From Podarcis filfolensis (lineage: Eukaryota): a DNA stretch of 64,000 bases. The position numbers were made by a program, and so were the translations under genes. The DNA lies in assembly GCA_964270895.1 (NCBI GenBank), contig OZ185440.1; one strand, given 5' to 3'. Each line of letters opens with the position of its first letter. Within the stretch, counting starts at the first letter, position 1. A model generated the notes under the pieces. It did not search any database. It worked only from the letters and a program-made list of their open reading frames with translations, and was not told the origin of the DNA. Below, one piece after another: positions 1-10,012 of this stretch.

Positions 1-260
1 AAGGAAAATGAAGGTAAAATGAACTGGAAAGTGTGGGTTTAAAATTACTTGACGCAACAAACAAACATATCAGAATAAATGCTCGATAAATAGCCAGTGG
101 CGTCTAACAACCCCAAAAAAATTATGCAAAGAAATCAGCATGAATGACCAATAAGCAGGTCATCTGGGAGTGAGCAACATCAAAATAAACTTTTTTGAAA
201 AAAGAAATACTTATAATCGTAGAAGTTTTGTTTGTAAGTTTTAATGAACATGTTTTAAAA

Positions 261-505
261 AGGTAAAGGTAAAGGGCCCCTGACAGTTAAGTCCAGTCAC
301 AGACGACGTGGGGGGTTGTGGAGCTCATCTCACTTTACAGGCCAAGGGAGCCGATGTTTGTCCGCAGACAGTTTTTCCATGTCATCTGGCCAACAAGACT
401 AAGCTGCTTCTGGAGAAACCAGAGAAACACGGAAACGCCGTTTACCTTCCCGCCAGAGCAGTACCTATTTATCTACTTGCACTTTTTGACTTGTGTTCGA
501 ATGAA
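261..505 (+). mobile_element. Sauria SINE (Squam1-type), 3'-truncated
   Basis: aggtaaaggtaaagggcccctgac...ccagtc head and ggaaacgccgtttaccttcccgccagagcagtacctatttatctacttgcac body, shared with the copies at 31582 and 55451; similarity ends near 505. Confidence 0.85.
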
Positions 506-683
506 ATTACAAGTGTTTTATATAATATCTACAAGAGGTAACACATTACAAGTATTTACAATTTTAAGAGCAGGCTCCGCCTATATAGCAACACTTCGCA
601 AGGATCCTACTGCAGAATCCATTCTACTGTCAATATTTTTTACATAATGGCAGTTCACACATTCAGCTGCAAGGTATCAAATC

Positions 684-790
684 TAGTGGTTTGACTGTTG
701 GACTGGAGATGTGAGAAAGCCTCTCTCATATGTGAAGCTCATTCTCTCTCAGCCTAGCTTATCTTGAATAGCTTTCGTGAGGCTAAAATG
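684..790 (+). mobile_element. Degraded CORE/MIR-like SINE fragment
   Basis: tctctctcagcctagcttatcttgaatagctttcgtgaggctaaaatg resembles the CORE domain of the better-preserved copy at 38249-38450. Confidence 0.4.
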
Positions 791-3700
791 CCACTTTGAC
801 CTCACTGAAAGAAGTCTGCAAGAATAAATGCGACCGGTAGACACATGTGAGAATCAGCACTTAAGTACTAGATCAATCTTCTTTTCAAAAAGTATTACTA
901 CAATACGGTAGTAATGTGGTGCAGATGCAGAGGGGCCTGCCATACCCACACCTTTCTTGGATTAAGTAGGTTTCCAGTACATGTGTACAAACAAGGTGTG
1001 AAAGTTGTGAATGTGCACAGACTGATTCTTATGATCAACTGAACATTCACGAACAACCTGACATCCCACCCCTTCTTATCCCCGTTCTCTCCTACGAACC
1101 CTGCACAACTTTTCCAAGAGGAAAAAAAAGGTAAGAGATAAAGAATGCTGCAAAGCAACAGAAGAGAAGGAAACGGGGAGAAGTATCACATCAAACATTA
1201 AAGCTATTAATAAAACACAATACAAATATATAAACGAGCTTAGATGAGAAATGTTAATAGTAAGTTAGCCTTGAGCTCATAAAGAAAACCCTCCAACAAC
1301 CCTATCTAGTGTTACCCCCATTAACAACATATTTTCCTAGTACTTAACTGTCTGAGTCCCTGGCAATCAGAAATACTTTTGGCACAGGGAAAGGTTCCTG
1401 ACAAGTAGAGCAAGAAGTCTCAAGATCTCTCTGCTATGCTTTGATGGACTCCTCTCATTAGCGTGTCCATATCTACCTGCTCCTGCCTAAGGTTCCAAAG
1501 CTCTCTAACAGAAATGGACAACAGATTGACAGGATTTGCGGGGCGAAGATCATACAGCAAAAACCTGGGGCAGAGAGGACAGAAGCATGAGTGTGTGTGT
1601 GGTGAGGGGTGAGAATATTTCCACATATCTCCTTCACCCACCTCCACATTTATACCACGAGTGGTAAATTCAAGGGAAAAAGCAGGTCTCTTTACCTGTA
1701 ATGGGATATATGTGCAGAGCTGTCTTTGCAAAGTAGCAGGGAAGGGGATTGACTTGCAGCTGTCTACAGTGGGTCCCAGAGAAAGAAAGATGAGAGGATG
1801 AGAAAAGACGCAGCATTCCCATCTGTGTACAGTTTGAAATGTTCTAAATTGCTAAACCAGCTGCACTTCCACCTTCCCATTCCATATCCCCCTGCCCTTC
1901 TTTTTAATTACATAAAATCGCATGCATCACACAAACATAGTTGGATCTGTCCCTGTGCCCCAGACTGCTCTCACCTGAACACAATGGACACAGGAGTCAG
2001 TCTTACAACTCCTCCAGACTTGGGGAATCAGAGCAGCCCTGCAGTAGGGTGCGTGGTATTTTTTGAGCCAGTGTCAACTGGTGAGCTTCATGGATGAAAG
2101 GAGAATTCTTGTTTTCCCAGGTCATATGTGAGAAACAATCCACCATACTGTCTCTTGTGGGCTAACAGTGTCATGTAACTCGAGCATGGCTTAGCTTTTG
2201 GTCCTCATCTGCAGCTTCTGAGAGGTTATGATCAACTGCTAAAAAGCCAATCCATGCCAATTTCAGCACACAGGGTCAGCAGTCATATGACTTGCTGTGC
2301 TGAGCTCATGGCAGCCCAGCTGCCATATGACTGTCTGAACCAATGACAGAATAGCTTGATGTCAGCTGGGTGAACAGTAAATTGTATCTGCAACAACCTC
2401 AATGAAACATGTCATCTCAGCATGACTACATATTAAATTATTAGTATAATGTATTCTACATACTGTATTTCATAATTCTTTTTTAAAGCCGATGAATAAG
2501 TATATATGATAGGAATGAGTACAAAAAATGATGGTCAAATAATGTATACCAGTATAATAATTTACACAGTTTTCATTTTAAGTCATTTCAAAATCAATTC
2601 TTAATATTATTTCTCACAAGTACCAGGATACCAGCATTTACCTGGTACTACTTCCACTTTTTTTTACAGAAACCTCAAGGCACACCAACCTTTTTGTTTG
2701 TTTGTTTGACATAGCTGCTCTGGGGCTCACTTTTCACTTCCCTAATTACAGAACTTCCTACCCAGTAATTAAATGATAAAGACTCATTACTGTTTTCCTT
2801 GATTGCCTGATTGGCTCTGTTTTACAAAACCTATGGGGACATTCCGCAACCCCTTATGTTTAGATCTACGTCTTTCCTTGACTAGCCATCAGAGCCATAA
2901 AACAAATACGCCAAGCAATATGGTCCTAGAAATAATTAATTAAATAATAAAAAATTGCTCCTTGTGTGAGCAGGGATGATTGGTGCAATCCTGAATACCT
3001 TTCTCCCCTCCTTATGCCTCCATTCCCGCCTTTGTGATTGCTACCAAAACAAGCTGCTGACCTCTCTGACTAGGAGCCAACCCATGGGGCATCCCGTCAG
3101 CGGCACACTGCCTTGGAGACCCGTCGTGGTGAGAGGAGTTCAAACAGAAAATCTATTTTTAATGACTTTGGGGAGTTCTGGGGAGATGCTGAGTAATTCA
3201 ATGTAATTAAAGCTATCTATCACTCAGTGAGCAGGAGCTGAAAGTTGATGAACTTTTCAGTGATATTTTCTTTCATTCATTAAACACACACACACAACTA
3301 TGTGCTCTGTTAGGAGTCATAAAATTGGGATATATCTGTATCTGTATATACAACTTATCAGTTTGTAGCAGTTATAAAGCATGAGCTTAGAGAAAATAAA
3401 CGTAAGGGCACCATGTCTCCTTTTCAGCCTTATAAAAGTTCAGCTAAACCAGACAAAGAGAGTGCAGCCTGTTTCTAAGCATTGAGCTAAAAAGACATTT
3501 CACGACATTTAAGATTTATACCTATAATTAAATATAGGAGGTATTGTGGTTCAATAGAAAGAAACTGGGAGGCCTGATTTCAAGCCATTATCCCTCACTC
3601 AACTTTAGTTCCTCATTTCTAGGAACACTTTTAGAAAGTTGTTCCCTGCAATGTCAGTATCATCAACCAAGAACTGCAAAAGGAAGCATCTCAAACAAGA

Positions 3701-6104
3701 GTTTTGTAGATTTTTATAGCCAGGGGTCTACACATTTTGAGTGGCCTTGGTATCCTCAGGGAACTTGCCCTTTGATGCTTAGTACAACTGCAGGAACATA
3801 GCCTTACTCCTCCACTTCCAATTTCCAGCTGGAAAGGAGGGGAGGAGACTCATCCCCTGAGTTTGGAAGTGCCCAAACCACCCTCAAGACCTGCGGAGGA
3901 CAAGTTCTGCATTCCTTCCAGAGGGAGTGGGTGCGAGTCACTCCGCTGCTCCTCAACTCTAATCCGAGAAATAGCTGAAGAAGAGAGGCTGGTCCATTTG
4001 TGCTAGGTCCAGTGCTATGCCAGGGTGAGCCTCTGTCTGTCTGCAGCCTGATGGGTATCAAACTCACTAGGGGTCTCAACAGATTTGAATATGTCTTTGT
4101 CAGTGCTGAGCTGAACAACAAAATGTTTGATCCCACTTTACTGATCCTTCCGTCCATCTAGACTAGCAGTGATGACTGTCAAATTGCAAGTGACTACTGC
4201 TGTAATTTAGAGTGCAGATAACTTAACGCTGGATCATTGGTTTGGGCCAACACTTTATATTTCTGGCTGAAACATATTAGGTGCCTCTGGATAACACTCT
4301 CACTTTGGAAAAAAAATCTGTTCATTTACGTAGGCCATTGTAACAGAAGAGCATATGCAACGTAGGCTATGTTGTGTGTGTGTTTCTGGATCAGTATTTG
4401 ACCCACAAAAAAGATGGCATCAAGCTACAGGGGTTCATCTGTCTTGCTTTGATGGGTCTTCATGGAATTAAGGCTGCTGGGCCCCAAATGGCAGTTATTT
4501 TAGTTTTGCATCCAACACTCTTTTGACTGGTCCTTAAAGGTCAACGTTTCCACATAGCTGACAGTAATTGTATGATTGCCTACATTGACATTATGGCAGT
4601 TGCTAGATATGCATATTTATGCTAACCTCACTTGGTTCAAACCAAAGGTGGATTAATTTTAAAATATAACACATGATTCTTGTTTTGACAATTCCACTGT
4701 GGCTCATTAGAATTAAAAAGGTATTCCATTTTTTCCCCTGGGCCATCAAGGAGTGCAATAGAAACAGGATATTCGTGGTGTGGTGCTATACCTTCCAGAT
4801 TTCCTTGGGAATGAGTTATCTTCATTTTTAGACCATATCTGATTACCATAGCTGAAATCCATGAATGGGGTTGTTAGGAGAGGTTTGCGGAAAGCAAACA
4901 AACTTCAGTTCCCTGATAAAATTGTTGGAGTATTTCTGATTCCTTCCCAATATATGGATCACGAAAGCTGCACAGTAAACACAATACCAGATGGTGTTTC
5001 TAGTTTGTACTAGAAACAGGGCTTTTAGTGTTTTAGCCCCAGTCTTCTGCAATCATCTGCCAGCTGAAATTAGACAGGTGCCTAGCATCCTGATATTTAG
5101 GTGGCTACTGGGCATTTTTGTTTAAGAAGGCTTCCCCTGAAGCGTGACCCTGTCTTTTTATGGAATGATAATTGTATAATTAGAGCAGTGATTTTATTTG
5201 TTTGTAGAGTTTGTAACTTTTGTATTTCACCTAATTTTATCTTATTGTACACAGTTTCATTAACCTCACCTTTGGCAAAGGTTAATATATTTGCAAAATA
5301 AATAAATTGGTATATAGACTATTTGGAATTATATACCGTGCTGTAATTTTTATGCAATACACAGTATCTGACTATGTTGCAACATGAAACCAGTTGTGTG
5401 GCTTAACGTGTCTGTATATTGGGGATAGAGTGCAGATGGTAGTGGTCCTATGAAACTATGTGAAACATCAACCACATCTCCGATCACCCCTGGAAAATAA
5501 TACATGAACTTTTAAAGCATTGCACATCATGAAGGATGTTGATTTGACTTTCCAGAAGGCAAAGAGGCAGATGCATAGTTAACTCCACTGGGTCAAAGAA
5601 TCAAAGGCATCTGGACCCATTCTTTCACAAAGTATGACGTTTTATGGCCTCAAACACAATCTGCCTTTCAAATAGATTCCCCACCATGTACTAACACCTG
5701 CAGGTACATTTCAGAGCATCTGTTGACTTTCTTTATATCTAGCTGGTTCATTGCTATATTGACTCATTTCAAAATTTGCATGTGGACAGATAGTGCGAAG
5801 TTTGATGGTGAGACAAAAAGAAGAGCATTTGGCTTTAGGACAACACAAACATAATCTGAAAATAATTCAATGTATTGTTTTTAATCTGTACAATTGGAGA
5901 TCAAAACACTATCCCCAAGCATGAAATAAATGACCTAAGGTTACACAGCAGGACAAGAGGCTGAGTCAAAGCTGGATCTTGTATTTTAAGTCAACTGGTC
6001 CCAGTGGCCTGGGCAATTTTCTGAAATCAAATCCACAGATGACCCTTATAAGCTGCAGCGTCATCAAAGGGTAAATACCAAATCTGAAGTAAAAAAATTC
6101 CTAC

Positions 6105-6500
6105 ATTCGTTTATCATTTGTACCTACAGCTGCTCTTTACCTAGTGGTTTCAGGGAGGGAAACAAAGCTACCACAATTAAAACAGGCACAACTTACATTA
6201 AAACCATAACGTAAGACTACAAAGCAAAAGCAAAGAACAGCAATGCAGGAGCAAGGAAGACATCCACTCGGCTAAATACCCATGTCTAAAGAGGTACATC
6301 TTGACCAATTGTCAAAAAGCATGCAATGATGGCACAGGACACACCTCAGAGGGGAGGGCATTCCCCAGCCTTGGAACCACCACAGATAAATCCCTCTCAC
6401 ACTTTGCCACAACTTGAACCACAGAGATCGGCAACACTGCCAACAGGGCCTTTCCTGCTGATCTAAACACCCAGTGTGAAGGGAGGTACTCCTTCAGACA
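6105..6500 (-). mobile_element. L2 LINE 3' fragment (RT C-terminus plus tail), degraded
   Basis: Minus-strand translation CLKEYLPSHWVFRSAGKALL...SVVVPRLGNALPSEV...LVKMYLF resembles the L2 ORF2 end; followed by an A/T-rich L2-type tail. Confidence 0.7.
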
Positions 6501-6529
6501 TAACTAAAAATGGATTACTAAAACCAAAT

Positions 6530-7380
6530 GGCCTAAATTTTGCCCAATAACTTATACTAAAATTACTTGTCAGTGTGATGTTATTTCAGGGGAAGGGCTT
6601 GGGGGCCTCGGGGCGCAAATGGGATCCTCCTTAATGAGGGTCCTGGTTGCACGCGGGCCCCTAAAGCAACCCCCATGGGGGGAGTTGTTGCCAGGCGTGG
6701 CCCAAGCCTTAACCATTGGGCCCCGGGATCGTGCTGGGCTGTTTGGGCCAATCGGGGCAGTTGGCGCGATTCTTGGGGCCTATAAAAGCAGCAGCGTGGC
6801 GTAACTGAGGGAACTTGCATCACGCTGCCGAACACCCGCCCTCCCTCCCTAATTTTAGGTGCTGCTGCTTTGGCCTTGCTTTGGATTGGGTCGCCTGCTT
6901 TGGAGCGCGGGCTGGGTAGGAATTTTTCCATTTGGCAGATTGGATATAGCCACTTGGTTTTCGCCTACCCCTTTAGCAATCGTCACAACTTTGTAAGGTT
7001 TGGCAGTTAGGCATTGGCTTATTGAAGTGTGTGGGAAGGGAGGTGCTGCCCCTCCATGAAGAAGGGTATTCCGGTAAAGGAATCTGGGAGTTCTGGATCT
7101 CATCCGAAGTCTGCTTGAGGGGCTAGGGCCATGCCAGGACCACAGGAACCCCGGGGTGAGCTTCGTTGGTCTTCATCGATGTTGCTCCCTCATTTGGTGT
7201 TTACCCTTCCAGACAGAGAGGCAGGAGTCAGTTATAGTCTGTTGCCAATGCCTAAGCCAACACCGCTCACTTTGCTGTAACCAATAAAGTTGTGGCCTAA
7301 ATTCTGCCCAATAACTTAAACTAAAATTACTTGTCAGTGTGAAGCTATTTCAGGGGAAGGGCTTAGGGGCCTTGGGGCGC
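6530..7380 (+). mobile_element. Non-coding retroelement-like insert with B-A-B architecture (87-bp direct repeats) and a 28-bp flanking duplication; family uncertain (Ngaro/DIRS-like split-direct-repeat end favoured)
   Basis: B1 6530-6616 and B2 7294-7380 differ at 6 of 87 positions. Flanks 6502-6529 and 7381-7408 are identical (aactaaaaatggattactaaaaccaaat). CCAAT 6748-6752, TATAAAA 6781-6787, AATAAA 7283-7288; GC/CpG-rich relative to flanks. The structure is directly visible; the family call is inference. Confidence 0.6.
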
Positions 7381-7486
7381 AACTAAAAATGGATTACTAA
7401 AACCAAATTCAGGAAAAAATGGCCTCCCTAGCACACACATTCAATTTCTCTGATGAAACTAGTTCTACTTTGCTCAAAGAGCAACT

Positions 7487-7790
7487 TAAGAACATGAAAA
7501 GAGATCTGCTGGATTAGACCAAGGATGCATCTAGTCCAGCATCTTTTTTTTCCAAGAGTGGACAACATGTTTCTGGAAAAACCAAATAAGGGCAAGGCCC
7601 TAACTGTTCTTACCCTACAGCATTCAGTATTCAGAGAAATGTTGCCTATAAATATGTGAGTCTCATCTAGCTATCACGGCCAATAAAAGACTTACCGTTC
7701 ATAAATTTGTCTGATCCCATTTTAATAAATAGGATTTAAAACTTGTGGCCATCATCAGATCTTGTGGCAGTGAATGCCATAAATTAATTC
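7487..7790 (-). mobile_element. CR1 LINE 3' fragment, degraded
   Basis: taagaacatgaaaagagatctgctggattagaccaaggatgcatctagtccagcatc and aatttgtctgatcccattttaa match the reverse complement of the reptilian CR1 3' end as recalled. Confidence 0.65.
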
Positions 7791-8723
7791 AACTCCCGTA
7801 TCTTAGTTCTTTCATCTTAGGGCAACTCTGCCCAGGCTGTTCCCCGAAGGGAAAATATGAAACAGAACAGAATGCTTAAGGAAAGATTCAGAACACCAAG
7901 TAAGCATTCTGGTTGGAGCAAATGAATGCTGAGGGGAAACCAAAGACTGCCTGTGGCTTGCCACAACTCCAGTGAATCATCAGAGTTCCTTGAGGAGCTC
8001 CAGTGAAACATGCTGAAATAACAGTGAACTTGGGGAAGGCTATCTTTTCTTTTCTCAGATGAAATGAGGGGAAAATGTGAGTTTTCTATGCAAACAAGAA
8101 CCATTCAAATCCATATTAGGGAAATGGCTTTATTAGGCCAACCAAAATGTCACAAAATAGTATGGAACTTTTGCATCCTCCAAGATTTCTATTTCTATTC
8201 CTTTATATATATATATATATAGCACACCACCTGTAATTAATCTGCACTTTGTTAATGTACCTAATGTACCTACCAAGTATTCTGGTTTTCCCTACAAAGG
8301 AGCCTGTTTGTGTTCACCTAAGGATGGAAACACATCTGGGTAACAGCTTTTCTTTTTGTATTTTCAGAGGTGTGGAGTCAGCCATTGTCCATTTCTCTTT
8401 CCCAACAGGCCTAGGTCCAGTCTGATACCTGCCTTTTTCTTGTATGGAGACTGGCTTTATCCACGACACTTTTACCAATGCAGCTCCCGGATGATTCTCC
8501 CCACCTTTTCCCAATCACTTCTGTCCATAATTTACAATTACAATGAAGCTTTCAGAGGATACTGCAAAAGTCTGTTTCATTATCCAGCATGTGTTTGACA
8601 AGGCAGAGTGTTGAACCCTGAGGATCACTTGAATTCATTTCTGTTTTGCTGCATTTGAATCTGAGCTGAGGGAAACTGGAGAGAGCCTCTTCATTTATTC
8701 ATGTCACCAAAAGTATCCTATGC

Positions 8724-8788
8724 TTTAGGGATAGAATTAGTGGATGGAATTTTCTCTTTAGGGATGGAATTAGTGGGTGGAATTCTCT
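8724..8788. repeat. Diverged 33-bp tandem duplication
   Basis: tttagggatagaattagtggatggaattttctc followed by tttagggatggaattagtgggtggaattctct. Confidence 0.75.
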
Positions 8789-9105
8789 GAAAATTTTAAT
8801 GTTGAGGTTAACTGCACAGATAATTTTTTTTCAAATTCCCATCTCGCTCCTTTTATTAATAAGTGAGGTTATTTTTTGCTAGTTCCTCTAAAAATGTGAA
8901 CAATGCTTCTGCATTATACACATTCTTATAAATATAATATTATATGCACATATGCACTTCAGGTTTCCTAAGTAACTAGTGCATAAACAGGTACACACAA
9001 CAATGCATATAAATCTATACAAATACTTTTTTGTATTAATACTTAAACAATTAGGCTGCAGTTACTGTATATAGTAAGTACCACATGAGGCTTGACTTTC
9101 ATATA

Positions 9106-9347
9106 CAGTGGAACTTCGTGTTACGTACCGTCCTCCTTATGAATGTTTCGGGTTATGAGCTTCGCTAACCTGGAAGTAGATGCTCTCAGTTGCGAACTTT
9201 GCCCCGGGATGCAAGCGGAAGTCGCACTCCGGCGGCACAGGAGCAGCAGGAGGCAGCATTAGCAAAAGCACACCTCATGTTAAGAACGGCTTCCGGTTAC
9301 AAATGGACCTCTGGAACGAATTAAGTTCGTAACCAGAGGTACCACTG
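9106..9347. mobile_element. Tc1/mariner-pogo (Tigger-like) MITE, 242 bp
   Basis: TA|cagtggaacttcgtgttacg ... cgtaaccagaggtaccactg|TA: terminal inverted repeats and TA duplication. Internally it is the reverse-orientation relative of the copy at 36618. Confidence 0.85.
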
Positions 9348-9965
9348 TATGTATTGTGCAAACAGTATGCGTATTTTTGTGTACAAGGCTGCATATGATT
9401 AGTTTAGAATTTTATGACAATGGACCAGCGGCACAGTCATAACCAGGTATTCAAGCAAGAGGTGGTCTGATGTGACCATAGCTTTATTGAGTAGGAACTA
9501 CCAAATTCCGTGTATGAATCTGCTAAAAATGGATTCCCATCTATCTGAAATGGACAGCAAAACAAAAAATATTCCAGCATCTTAATAAAATTTCCAGGTG
9601 TGACTAGCTAACATTGCATATGTTGCAGATCTCCAGGTACAGCATCTATGTGGACTGTAAGATGTCATCTACAGAAGTTACATGAGCAGATTCTGTATGT
9701 TTGGAGGCAGTGGTCAGCATAAGACATGTCAAGAGTCCACCAGAAAATAAGAAACTATCCTCCCAACTTCATTGTTCAAAGAATATATTTGTGATATTAG
9801 ATAAAGATACCAAACCTGCATGTACTATATGTGGGCAGGGACATGTATGCTGCTTGGAGTGCCTTATAAGAAGAAGTGAAATGCTTAAAAAAATAATAGT
9901 TGTAGTCTCTTGTGCAATACAGGATTCTTAAGTCTTTTACTAACAACAAGGCATGATACTTCAAG

Positions 9966-9966
<1 letters not shown>

Positions 9967-10011
<45 letters not shown>
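9967..10011. repeat. (AC)22 microsatellite
   Basis: Uninterrupted AC run. Confidence 0.99.

Positions 10012-10012
<1 letters not shown>

Noticed and set aside
308-647. ORFs at 308-647, 31659-31966 and 55614-55808 with similar peptides (AVPIYLL)
   Set aside because: All are readings of Sauria SINE copies.
765-790. gctttcgtgag (minus strand ctcacgaaagc) resembling a Penelope hammerhead GAAA arm
   Set aside because: No CUGANGA partner; better explained as the CORE-SINE segment gttgttgtgaggataaaatg.
6581-7103. ORFs within the B-A-B insert
   Set aside because: GC-rich sequence with few stops; no gag, RT, RNase H or recombinase motifs.
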